Below, piece by piece: positions 12,931 to 24,800 of a stretch of 44,861 bases of DNA; position 1 is the first letter of the stretch, and each line of letters opens with the position of its first letter. The DNA is from Octopus sinensis. Taxonomy: Eukaryota. Under the pieces are notes generated by a model, which was not told the DNA's origin, ran no database searches, and worked only from the letters and a program-made list of their open reading frames with translations. The stretch is taken from positions 1 to 44,861 of the forward strand of contig NW_021834861.1 of NCBI RefSeq assembly GCF_006345805.1. Direction: 5' to 3'. The position numbers were made by a program, and so were the translations under genes.

Positions 12931-13205
12931 GTAATATTTTAGCGACAAGTTCGCAAGCTAATATATATTCCACAAATATGATTTGAGGTATATGGTAATT
13001 ACCTCAAATCCTATTTATAGAATATATATTTCTTTATTGCCCACAAGGAGCTAAACACAGAGGGGACAAACAAGGATAGACAAAGGGGTTAAGTCGATTA
13101 CATCGACCCCAGTGCGAAACTGGTACTTTATTTATCGACCCCGAAAGGATGAAAGGGTATTTATAGAATATATATTAGCTTGCAAACTTGTCGCTAAAGT
13201 ATTAC
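12931..13205. mobile_element. Palindromic MITE-like foldback interrupted by a truncated SINE (13031-13157)
   Basis: Arms GTAATATTTTAGCGACAAGTTCGCAAGCTAATATATATTC.. and ..GAATATATATTAGCTTGCAAACTTGTCGCTAAAGTATTAC; SINE flanked by 19-bp TSD TATTTATAGAATATATATT at 13012 and 13158. Confidence 0.75.
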
Positions 13206-13266
13206 TTTCTACCCTTATTTCATCATTCAAGTTCACCAACTCTCCCCTCCCTGTGTTCTTACTCTG

Positions 13267-13447
13267 TTTCTTTATTAGCCACAAGGGCCCAAACATAGAG
13301 GGGGGACAAACAAGGACAGACAGGACAGCAAAGAGGGAACAATACATAGAACGAACATGAAGAGATGATTACACAATAATGGGATTATGAATGGCTGCGC
13401 GCGCCCCTCATCACATGCACCACCATTAATCTTTTTTAAACTGTCCG
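13267..13447 (-). mobile_element. Short 3' end of a retroelement with the shared GCCCTTGTGG..AATAAAGAAA tail
   Basis: Tail TGTTTGTCCCCCCTCTATGTTTGGGCCCTTGTGGCTAATAAAGAAA on minus; upstream sequence is not the SINE body. Confidence 0.6.
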
Positions 13448-13467
13448 TCACTATCACATATCTAACC

Positions 13468-13698
13468 TATTTCTTTATTACCCACAAGGGGCTAAGCACA
13501 GAGGGGACAAACAAGGACAGACATAGGTATTAAGTCGATTCCATCGACCCCAGTGCGTAACTGGTACTTAATTTATCGACCCCGAAAGGATGAAAGGCAA
13601 AGTCGACCTCGGCGGAATTTGAACTCACAACGTAACGCAGACGAAATACCGCTAAGCATTTCGCCCGGCGTGCTAACGTTTCTGCCAGCTTGCCGCCT
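13468..13698 (-). mobile_element. Full-length SINE with L1/Tx1-type tail
   Basis: 20-bp TSD TCACTATCACATATCTAACC at 13448 and 13699; matches 36107-36330. Confidence 0.92.
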
Positions 13699-13911
13699 TC
13701 ACTATCACATATCTAACCAACAATCAATCATCGTCTAGCATTACAATTATTTGAACCGTTATATTTTTCTCTAAAAAATGTTTTTCTACTCTCCGACACT
13801 ATTGAACATAACACAAAACACCCACTCTTTCTTTTTTTTCCCCCTTCTTCTTCTTTTCTTTCTTCCTGTCGCCTTGACACACCCTGTGCTCTTACTCGTT
13901 TATTAGCTGAT

Positions 13912-14262
13912 CTTAAGAGGAAAATAGGGCTAGAGAGAAAATGCCTGACTGTGAAAACGGTTTGAAAATCGATGGAAGAATGTAGCACGGATGTTGCGTG
14001 TGGATGGAACCTCATGAATGCGACACAGGGTGTAACTCAGGTATCAGTGGCGAGGCGGGGTTCGTGGGGTCAGAATTAAACCCGCCCCCCACTCCATCCG
14101 TAATGTTTTCCGGTCTGTCCTACCATTCGATTTTATCATATTTTCTTATTTTTGTAAAATTTTTAATGTCATCTTTTTTGTATAATCATTCGCTCATCTG
14201 ACCCCAAAATCAGATTGTATTGTCCCCTCTTTGTTGGCCCCTTGTGGGTAATAAAAAAATCA
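13912..14262 (+). mobile_element. 5'-truncated L1/Tx1-like LINE (ORF2 C-terminus + 3' UTR)
   Basis: LKRKIGLERKCL..RWKNVARMLRVDG-like C-terminus; tail GGCCCCTTGTGGGTAATAAAAAAA; 16-bp TSD TCGTTTATTAGCTGAT at 13896 and 14263. Confidence 0.7.
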
Positions 14263-14520
14263 TCGTTTATTAGCTGATGAAATTAGTTATATATTTATGA
14301 TCATTTCTTGAAGTTCAACCAATTGTAGTAACAGGGGTGTTAAGCTTGTAACAAAAAAAAAGTTTAAAAATAATTGATTATTCCCACTCCCTGTCTCGCA
14401 CACACTCTCACAATCATCATTGGCTAATACCGAGCAGTGTCAGAGTAAGGGTAGGTGGAGAGTTAAAATATTACTATATAAGTCTATTTCTTCATTGTCC
14501 ACAGCACACACAAAGGGATT

Positions 14521-15174
14521 AGTAGGGCGCCCAGGTGCTACAAGTGTGGCCTGAGGGGTCACATAAGAGCCTACTGCCCTCCCCCACCAAAGGAAAAAGA
14601 AAAGGAAATCGTCGCGGAAGCCCCAAAAGAGGAAGAAACCAAAGAGAACCAAAGGGAAAAAGAAACGACAGAAGAAGAGGAGATGCAACAAGAGTGGGAA
14701 GAAGGAAGAAAAAAGAGAAAAAGAAAGAAAAAGAAAAACTGTGCGAAGCCCCAACCCACCCCAACACCACCCGCACCCTCTGAATCCCACCCTTCCCCCG
14801 CAGACAGTGAACCCACCCGCTCCCCTCCAACAAGAAAACAAAAGAAAAATAATAATACAGACAGACAAGAGTTTGAAAACGAACCCAGGCCGAACATTTA
14901 TATTGTGACTGAACAGAAAGAGGTTGAAAGGGTAATGGAGGAGTATGAATGGTATGAAATGGATGGGACCAGATATGCAGAGCTGGAAAAGAAGAACATA
15001 GATGAGTTTGTGTTGAGGTGTGAAAGGGAGAATTGGGAGGTGAAAGATACAAGAATGAGCGATGAATTCGTGGAATATATGGAGGACAGTTTCGGAGTAA
15101 GAATGGATATGGATGGTCTTCGTATTGGGAATGAACATTCAGGTGACAGTGAAAACAAAAGGACAGGTAAGTGA
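14521..15174 (+). CDS. 5'-truncated gag/ORF1-like protein: CCHC zinc knuckle, E/K-rich linker, basic patch, Pro-rich region, acidic C-terminal domain
   Basis: In-frame upstream extension of ORF 14683-15174: RAPRCYKCGLRGHIRAYCPPPPKEKEKE..; no stop over ~217 codons. Confidence 0.75.
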   Translation, partial: SRAPRCYKCGLRGHIRAYCPPPPKEKEKEIVAEAPKEEETKENQREKETTEEEEMQQEWEEGRKKRKRKKKKNCAKPQPTPTPPAPSESHPSPADSEPTRSPPTRKQKKNNNTDRQEFENEPRPNIYIVTEQKEVERVMEEYEWYEMDGTRYAELEKKNIDEFVLRCERENWEVKDTRMSDEFVEYMEDSFGVRMDMDGLRIGNEHSGDSENKRTGK

Positions 15175-15322
15175 TGCTGGCGGAGGGGGCCGTTAGCATC
15201 GCTTTCATATTATCATTTTTTTCATTTTCATTTGCTCATAAATTTAATCATATTGTTCTATGTCCCCCATGTTTTGTTATGTCCGCCATTTTTCGTAGCC
15301 CCTGGTGGGTAATAAAGAAATA
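14522..15322 (+). mobile_element. ORF1-only (HAL1-like) non-autonomous retroelement inserted in a SINE
   Basis: 16-bp TSD ACACACAAAGGGATTA at 14506 and 15323; open frame 14521-15174; stop then ~150-bp UTR and GCCCCTGGTGGGTAATAAAGAAAT tail; no RT. Confidence 0.8.
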
Positions 15323-15446
15323 ACACACAAAGGGATTACGTCGACCCCCCCCCCGGTTCTAACTTATTTAATCCACACCGACGGGATGAAGAGCAAAGAT
15401 GACCTGTGCTGACGAAATACCGCTAAGACCGGCAAGCTAACCTTGC

Positions 15447-15741
15447 TGCCAGCTAGCCGCCTTTATTACTCTATATATCGCTAAGACCAATGGTTGCAGA
15501 GTAGGAAGACAAGAATAACAATGGTAAGTTTCGTATCGTTTCATTCGCATCTGTTACACTACAAAAGAGGGAATCGACTTTTGAATATGGTAATATATTT
15601 GTACTCATTTAGAAAATGTTTCCGTTAATTTTACTTGTTATATTTATACATTTTTTAAATCTTTAGTAAATTCCTTTTAGTAATTTTTTAAAAATTGAAT
15701 TATCCCCTGGGTCGTAATGTGATCTGTGCGATATTGCCGAA

Positions 15742-15787
<46 letters not shown>

Positions 15788-17301
15788 GTAAACGCATGAA
15801 AAAATATAAAAGGAAATCTATACAAAACTTTTGAAACGTTACATAAAATATTTACTGTTGGTTTGTTGCTGATAAAATAATTTATTGAAGCGTTTTGATC
15901 CGGAGCTACACAACAACGACTAAGAATGGCAAAACTTAGCGATACGGTTTCAAATCTCACAACGAAGAGATGTCTATTGAAAGCATTATTGCTCCCTACT
16001 CACGTCACGTGTTCACTTTTAACCCATTAAAAACCCTTTTTACAAAGCGGTACTTAATTTTAATTCTGTCTACAATACCCATTTTCTAGTCTTCAGAATT
16101 CTCTTTAGAATTACATAATTTAAAGTAACATTCTTAAATTCGTATTTAAATAAATTGTTAGATTTTACTAATATTTTTTTGTTTTAGCATTCAGTTATTG
16201 AATATAATCCTTTTTATAGCGGAATTGTAATATTTACTGGGTGTAGGTTTTCCATGTCTACCTCACCGATTTTAGTTCTAACGTTACCACAATCCAAATC
16301 ATTAACATAAAGGCAACATGCTGCTTTTTTCATTCCGGAATCTTTTAAACCAATTTTATGTAATGCCTAGGAAGACCTATGGCTGTCCTTTGTCACCAAC
16401 ATGAATCCTCTACTTAGAGAGAGTTTATTTGAAGAGGGGGTCCACATGGCTAACAGTAAGTTCATTTACAATGTTGAGCCCCAGCTATGCTACAAGTCAC
16501 TTACTCAAAATGTCCTGAAGTGGTATTGAAATGAGTCCTGGAACTGCAAATTTAAACGCACAGCTATGCATGAATGTTGCTTAAAATAATTGTGTGTGCT
16601 GAATAATTCATTTGAATTTGTAAAGATTTTCGTGCTGTTATCGTTTAGGTCTCGGAGGGGAGACTTGTTTCAGCTATTTCAATTCTCGGAAGAACCATTG
16701 TAAATGTTCTGATTTTTTTTGGGGGGGGGGGGGGGGGGGGGGGTACTTTTGACTAGGTTAACCCCCAGAAGACTTGGTTGTAAAAAAAAATTGTTCAAGC
16801 TTTCCTTCCTTCATCCTAGCATTTTGCCAGACGTAGTCTTCGCAATGTAATGCGACATTATAATCGATACGGTTCAGTATGAAGGAATTCGATTGTTATT
16901 TCTAGCATGTGACAAACCACGGTAATGTTCCGTCTTCGGTTCGATTGCTATTTTTGTACCATCTTTGAATTTCTACTCAAACAATTCTATACAATATTCC
17001 TATTTTTCTTTCGCCTACAGCTAGTGAATTCGCATCCATATAGTAGGGGCTAGAGTTAAAATGAAGTACACATGCTGGAAACTCCAGGTAAGCCTTCAAC
17101 GTACTTCAAGCAGACTCTGGGAAACGTGTTCCTTGAGCCAGATTTAACTTAGACCCCACGGTTGTAAAATATAAACGTTTCAAATTTTCTTTTTCAATCA
17201 AGCAAATTGACAACCGCGCATTTAGTGTTTTGCTTAATCAATCATCTGTATTGTCTCTTTTGGAAAAGAGCTCAAAGGAAATTCATGACAAAATGAAGCA
17301 A
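15447..17301 (+). repeat. Left arm of ~1.86-kb inverted repeat
   Basis: Reverse complement of 29189-31051, from ..GCTAGCCGCCTTTATTACTCTAT to ..CATGACAAAATGAAGCAA; A-tract at ~15745 mirrors T-tract at ~30702. Confidence 0.96.
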
Positions 17302-18007
17302 TCGGTCCTTTTCATTGTTATATCTTTAAACATCGTTAAATACATATTTTTCTGAAATATTGGAAAATATTTCAAAATTGTATTGTACAGCAGAACTGAG
17401 AGCAAGATGTAACTATAATCTCAGTTAAACGCAAGCAAGTCACTAAAATTCCCTTATAGATTTATCCGTTATTTGAATGTAATTCTGTGAAATTAATTTC
17501 GTGTTGTACATAAAACTACCTTTTTGTTATAGAATTAGGACTTTTGATTAAACGACTGATAAGGCAAATCCCAGTAAAATTTAATTTGTAATCTATAAAT
17601 TTCATATTATTTTGGTTATAAGAACATCTTTATTTTTTTCAATGATTGTATTGACATTGCCGGTTTGATATGATGCGATTATTGCTCAATATCTTATTTT
17701 GCAGATGAAATACTTGTTGGAAAATAAATACAAACAATTATTACAGTCGGATCGACCAATCACTTCATTGACCGATGTGTTACCTACACAGTAGGAAAAC
17801 CAAATTTTAAGGAATATGCAACAAATTCGTAAAATGGTGAACAATGCTTCAGCCTGCAAGTCTTCTTGATTTTCCAGTCTTAGTGGTGGCACTGGTTCGG
17901 GATTTGTAGCTTTTTTTAATGATGCATCTGGTAGCAGACTTCAAGGACATAACTAAATTGAAACCTTCAGTTTATCTATCATCACTACAGCTGTTGTAGA
18001 ATAGAAT
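15521..18007 (+). pseudogene. TUBA: Unprocessed alpha-tubulin pseudogene, copy L: exon 1 ATG 15521-15523, exon 2 ~17021-17168, exon 3 part 17705-18007 (residues 76-186)
   Basis: AACAATG|GTAAGT; acceptor TTTCGCCTACAG; SGKRVP*ARFNLDPTVV; phase-1 acceptor TTTTGCAG|ATGAAATA at D76; YTVGK..QIRKM..QCFSLQVFLIFQS.SGGTGSGF..TKL..TAVVE; frameshifts and stops. Confidence 0.88.
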
Positions 18008-18345
18008 TGTTCGGCTGTACTCAATGCATGAAGTGTCATTGTTGGGGTGCCAAGGCTCAATCTAGAGCCATCCGCGGGAGTTTGCTAGTAAATAATACGA
18101 TTTAATATTTTCTAACGGAAACTGTAGCCTCGAGTAGGGTAGCAAGTTTGTAAGAAAGTCGTTTAAATCCACATTAAAGATGATTCAACATAGAAATGCA
18201 GTAATCGAGTTCACGACCTGAGCAATTAGAGCATTTTAGTGCATTAACGTTGTGTACCCAAAATCTAAAATGTTTTTTACATATTTCATAAAATGCTTCA
18301 TGGGCAATTAGAATAGTCTAGATTGGCATGAGTAGTTGTCATCAA
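18008..18345 (-). pseudogene. TUBA: Alpha-tubulin fragment, residues ~188-290, antisense to the adjacent exon 3 (repeated in every unit; 27137-27478 in unit 5)
   Basis: TTTHANLDYSNC..EAFYEICKKH..LIAQVVNSITAFL..NVDLNDFLTNLLPYSRLQFPL..HALSTAE vs tubulin [65 protein letters not shown]. Confidence 0.88.
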
Positions 18346-18438
18346 GACCTTCTGAAACACATGATACTGATTTGGTTCACAGATATTTCATTTTTTGTCA
18401 CGGGGACCCAATATAGAAGCGGCAGCACAAGGACAGAA

Positions 18439-18880
18439 TTTTCTTTATTTGGCACCACGGCCACAATACAGTGGGGAGCAGTACAAGAACAGACATAACA
18501 CCACAATGGGAATATAAAACATAAAACGGATGAGATGAAATGTTATATAAGAAAAAAAAGGAAATTGAAATGGCTGCATGGCCCCATTCCCATGCAGTAC
18601 CATTTGAACGTTTATATACACTATTTACAATCGTTCTATTTTTCTATTGTTTTTTCTTAATCATCTTTTTTTTTTTTTGTTTTCCATTGAAACACATTTA
18701 CTTTTTCCTTTTTTTCTTTCAACAAAACAATTTTACTTTTTCCCATTTTATATCTGATGAAAGGCTCCACGTCTCTGAGTTCAAGTACGGGTGGCAGTTC
18801 ATCGAACTCCACCAACACTCCGGCGGATCAATCTTGTTTCCGAACATATCTACTTGTCTATTGTATGTGTCTTTGTCGAC
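18439..18880 (-). mobile_element. Truncated retroelement 3' end with related AATAAAGAAA tail (present in every tandem unit)
   Basis: Coding-like DMFGNKIDPPGVLVEFDELPPVLELRDVEPFIRY, hairpin CTGCATGGG-AATGGGG-CCCATGCAG (clearest at 20869-20893), T-rich UTR, GTGGTGCCAAATAAAGAAA. Confidence 0.5.
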
Positions 18881-21800
18881 CACAATGGGCTTTATATTTT
18901 CTTAATATATCAGTGGGCAAATTCACACTTGTGATGGGTCCTGGTTAAACAGGGGCTCATTGTTTTGAACTTTGTCGCAGTTCTTCCCCATTTTGTATCC
19001 CGTTTCTTACAAAATATCTGTTCATTTATCCAGTGTCTCTGTTTGACTAGGTTAACCCCCAGAAGACTTGGTTGTAAAAAAAAATTGTTCAAGCTTTCCT
19101 TCCTTCATCCTAGCATTTTGCCAGACGTAGTCTTCGCAATGTAATGCGACATTATAATCGATACGGTTCAGTATGAAGGAATTCGATTGTTATTTCTAGC
19201 ATGTGACAAACCACGGTAATGTTCCGTCTTCGGTTCGATTGCTATTTTTGTACCATCTTTGAATTTCTACTCAAACAATTCTATACAATATTCCTATTTT
19301 TCTTTCGCCTACAGCTAGTGAATTCGCATCCATATAGTAGGGGCTAGAGTTAAAATGAAGTACACATGCTGGAAACTCCAGGTAAGCCTTCAACGTACTT
19401 CAAGCAGACTCTGGGAAACGTGTTCCTTGAGCCAGATTTAACTTAGACCCCACGGTTGTAAAATATAAACGTTTCAAATTTTCTTTTTCAATCAAGCAAA
19501 TTGACAATCCGCGCATTTAGTGTTTTGCTTAATCAATCATCTGTATTGTCTCTTTTGGAAAAGAGCTCAAAGGAAATTCATGACAAAATGAAGCAATCGG
19601 TCCTTTTCATTGTTATATCTTTAAACATCGTTAAATACATATTTTTCTGAAATATTGGAAAATATTTCAAAATTGTATTGTACAGCAGAACTGAGAGCAA
19701 GATGTAACTATAATCTCAGTTAAACGCAAGCAAGTCACTAAAATCCCTTATAGATTTATCCGTTATTTGAATGTAATTCTGTGAAATTAATTTCGTGTTG
19801 TACATAAAACTACCTTTTTGTTATAGAATTAGGACTTTTGATTAAACGACTGATAAGGCAAATCCCAGTAAAATTTAATTGTAATCTATAAATTTCATAT
19901 TATTTTGGTTATAAGAACATCTTTATTTTTTTCAATGATTGTATTGACATTGCCGGTTTGATATGATGCGATTATTGCTCAATATCTTATTTTGCAGATG
20001 AAATACTTGTTGGAAAATAAATACAAACATTATTACAGTCGGATCGACCAATCACTTCATTGACCGATGTGTTACCTACACAGTAGGAAAACCAAATTTT
20101 AAGGAATATGCAACCAATTCGTAAAATGGTGAACAATGCTTCAGCCTGCAAGTCTTCTTGATTTTCCAGTCTTAGTGGTGGCACTGGTTCGGGATTTGTA
20201 GCTTTTTTTAATGATGCATCTGGTAGCAGACTTCAAGGACATAACTAATTGAAACCTTCAGTTTATCTATCATCACTACAGCTGTTGTAGAATAGAATTG
20301 TTCGGCTGTACTCAATGCATGAAGTGTCATTGTTGGGGTGCCAAGGCTCAATCTAGAGCCATCCGCGGGAGTTTGCTAGTAAATAATACGATTTAATATT
20401 TTCTAACGGAAACTGTAGCCTCGAGTAGGGTAGCAAGTTTGTAAGAAAGTCGTTTAAATCCACATTAAGAGATGATTCAACATAGAAATGCAGTAATCGA
20501 GTTCACGACCTGAGCAATTAGAGCATTTTAGTGCATTAACGTTGTGTACCCAAAATCTAAAATGTTTTTTACATATTTCATAAAATGCTTCATGGGCAAT
20601 TAGAATAGTCTAGATTGGCATGAGTAGTTGTCATCAAGGACCTTCTGAAACACATGATACTGATTTGGTTCAACAGATATTTCATTTTTTGTCACGGGGA
20701 CCCAATATAGAAGCGGCAGCACAAGGACAGAATTTTCTTTATTTGCACCACGGCCACAATACAGGTGGGGAGCAGTACAAGAACAGACATAGACCCACAA
20801 TGGGAATATAAAACATAAAACGGATGAGAATGAAATGTTATATAAGAAAAAAAAGGAAAATGAAATGGCTGCATGGGCCCCATTCCCATGCAGTACCATT
20901 TGAACGTTTATACACACTATTTACAATCGTTCTATTTTTCTATTGTTTTTTCTTAATCATCTTTTTTTTCTTTTGTTTTCCATTGAAACACATTTACTTT
21001 TTCCTTTTTTTCTTTCAACAAAACAATTTTACTTTTTCCCATTTTATATCTGATGAAAGGCTCCACGTCTCTGAGTTCAAGTACGGGTGGCAGTTCATCG
21101 AACTCCACCAACACTCCGGGCGGATCAATCTTGTTTCCGAACATATCTACTTGTCTATTGTATGTGTCTTTGTCGACCACAATGGGCTTTATATTTTCTT
21201 AATATATATCAGTGGGCAAATTCACACTTGTGATGGGTCCTGGTTAAACAGGGGCTCATTGTTTTGAACACTTTGTCGCAGTTCTTCCATTTTGTATCCC
21301 GTTTCTTACAAAATATCTGTTCATTTATCCAGTGTCTCTGTTTGACTAGGTTAACCCCCAGAAGACTTGGTTGTAAAAAAAAATTGTTCAAGCTTTCCTT
21401 CCTTCATCCTAGCATTTTGCCAGACGTAGTCTTCGCAATGTATGCGACATTATAATCGATACGGTTCAGTATGAAGGAATTCGATTGTTATTTCTAGCAT
21501 GTGACAAACCACGGTAATGTTCCGTCTTCGGTTCGATTGCTATTTTTGTACCATCTTTGAATTTCTACTCAAACAATTCTATACAATATTCCTATTTTTC
21601 TTTCGCCTACAGCTAGTGAATTCGCATCCATATAGTAGGGGCTAGAGTTAAAATGAAGTAACACATGCTGGAAACTCCAGGTAAGCCTTCAACGTACTTC
21701 AAGCAGACTCTGGGAAACGTGTTCCTTGAGCCAGATTTAACTTAGACCCCACGGTTGTAAAATAAATAACGTTTCAAATTTTCTTTTTCAATCAAGCAAA

Positions 21801-24800
21801 TTGACAATCCGCGCATTTAGTGTTTTGCTTAATCAATCATCTGTATTGTCTCTTTTGGAAAAGAGCTCAAAGGAAATTCATGACAAAATGAAGCAATCGG
21901 TCCTTTTCATTGTTATATCTTTAAACATCGTTAAATACATATTTTTCTGAAATATTGGAAAATATTTCAAATTGTATTGTACAGCAGAACTGAGAGCAAG
22001 ATGTAACTATAATCTCAGTTAAACGCAAGCAAGTCACTAAAATTCCCTTATAGATTTATCCGTTATTGAATGTAATTCTGTGAAATTAATTTCGTGTTGT
22101 ACATAAAACTACCTTTTTGTTATAGAATTAGGACTTTTGATTAAACGACTGATAAGGCAAATCCCAGTAAAATTTAATTTGTAATCTATAAATTTCATAT
22201 TATTTTGGTTAAAGAACATCTTTATTTTTTTCAATGATTGTATTGACATTGCCGGTTTGATATGATGCGATTATTGCTCAATATCTATTTTGCAGATGAA
22301 ATACTTGTTGGAAAATAAATACAAACAATTATTACAGTCGATCGACCAATCACTTCATTGACCGATGTGTTACCTACACAGTAGGAAAACCAAATTTTAA
22401 GGAATATGCAACAAATTCGTAAAATGGTGAACAATGCTTCAGCCTGCAAGTCTTCTTGATTTTCCAGTCTTAGTGGTGGCACTGGTTCGGGATTTGTAGC
22501 TTTTTTTAATGATGCATCTGGTAGCAGACTTCAAGGACATAACTAAATTGAAACCTTCAGTTTATCTATCATCACTACAGCTGTTGTAGAATAGAATTGT
22601 TCGGCTGTACTCAATGCATGAAGTGTCATTGTTGGGGTGCCAAGGCTCAATCTAGAGCCATCCGCGGGAGTTTGCTAGTAAATAATACGATTTAATATTT
22701 TCTAACGGAAACTGTAGCCTCGAGTAGGGTAGCAAGTTTGTAAGAAAGTCGTTTAAATCCACATTAAGAGATGATTCAACATAGAAATGCAGTAATCGAG
22801 TTCACGACCTGAGCAATTAGAGCATTTTAGTGCATTAACGTTGTGTACCCAACATCTAAAATGTTTTTTACATATTTCATAAAATGCTTCATTGGCATGA
22901 GTAGTTGTCATCAAGGACCTTCTGAAACACATGATACTGATTTGGTTCAACAGATATTTCATTTTTTGTCACGGGGACCCAATATAGAAGCGGCAGCACA
23001 AGGACAGAATTTTCTTTATTTGGCACCACGGCCACAATACAGGTGGGGAGCAGTACAAGAACAGACATAACACCACAATGGGAATATAAAACATAAAACG
23101 GATGAGAATGAAATGTTATATAAGAAAAAAAAAGGAAAATGAAATGGCTGCATGGGCCCCATTCCCATGCAGTACCATTTGAACGTTTATACACACTATT
23201 TACAATCGTTCTATTTTTCTATTGTTTTTTCTTAATCATCTTTTTTTTCTTTTGTTTTCCATTGAAACACATTTACTTTTTCCTTTTTTTCTTTCAACAA
23301 AACAATTTTACTTTTTCCCATTTTATATCTGATGAAAGGCTCCACGTCTCTGAGTTCAAGTACGGGTGGCAGTTCATCGAACTCCACCAACACTCCGGCG
23401 GATCAATCTTGTTTCCGAACATATCTACTTGTCTATTGTATGTGTCTTTGTCGACCACAATGGGCTTTATATTTTCTTAATATATATCAGTGGGCAAATT
23501 CACACTTGTGATGGGTCCTGGTTAAACAGGGGCTCATTGTTTTGAACACTTTGTCGCAGTTCTTCCATTTTGTATCCCGTTTCTTACAAAATATCTGTTC
23601 ATTTATCCAGTGTCTCTGTTTGACTAGGTTAACCCCCAGAAGACTTGGTTGTAAAAAAAAATTGTTCAAGCTTTCCTTCCTTCATCCTAGCATTTTGCCA
23701 GACGTAGTCTTCGCAATGTAATGCGACATTATAATCGATACGGTTCAGTATGAAGGAATTCGATTGTTATTTCTAGCATGTGACAAACCACGGTAATGTT
23801 CCGTCTTCGGTTCGATTGCTATTTTTGTACCATCTTTGAATTTCTACTCAAACATTCTATACAATATTCCTATTTTTCTTTCGCCTACAGCTAGTGAATT
23901 CGCATCCATATAGTAGGGGCTAGAGTTAAAATGAAGTACACATGCTGGAAACTCCAGGTAAGCCTTCAACGTACTTCAGCAGACTCTGGGAAACGTGTTC
24001 CTTGAGCCAATTTAACTTAGACCCCCCGTTGTAAAATATAAACGTTTCAAATTTTCTTTTTCAATCAAGCAAATTGACAATCCGCGCATTTAGTGTTTTG
24101 CTTAATCAATCATCTGTATGTCTCTTTTGGAAAAGAGCTCAAAGGAAATTCATGACAAAATGAAGCAATCGGTCCTTTTCATTGTTATATCTTTAAAATC
24201 GTTAAATACATATTTTTCTGAAATATTGGAAAATATTTCAAAATTGTATTGTACAGCAGAACTGAGAGCAAGATGTAACTATAATCTCAGTTAAACGCAA
24301 GCAAGTCACTAAAATTCCCTTATAGATTTATCCGTTATTTGAATGTAATTCTGTGAAATTAATTTCGTGTTGTACATAAAACTACCTTTTTGTTATAGAA
24401 TTAGGACTTTTGATTAAACGATAAGGCAAATCCCAGTAAAATTTAATTTGTAATCTATAAATTTCATATTATTTTGGTTATAAGAACATCTTTATTTTTT
24501 TCAATGATTGTATTGACATTGCCGGTTTGATATGATGCGATTATTGCTCAATATCTTATTTTGCAGATGAAATACTTGTTGGAAAATAAATACAAACAAT
24601 TATTACAGTCGGATCGACCAATCACTTCATTGACGATGTTTAACCTACACAGTAGGAAAACCAAATTTTAAGGAATATGCAACAAATTCGTAAAATGGTG
24701 AACAATGCTTCAGCCTGCAAGTCTTCTTGATTTTCCAGTCTTAGTGGTGGCACTGGTTCGGGATTTGTAGCTTTTTTTAATGATGCATCTGGTAGCAGAC

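Noticed and set aside
14440-15208. Long minus-strand ORFs (232 and 229 aa)
   Set aside because: Antisense shadows of the purine-rich plus-strand ORF1 frame
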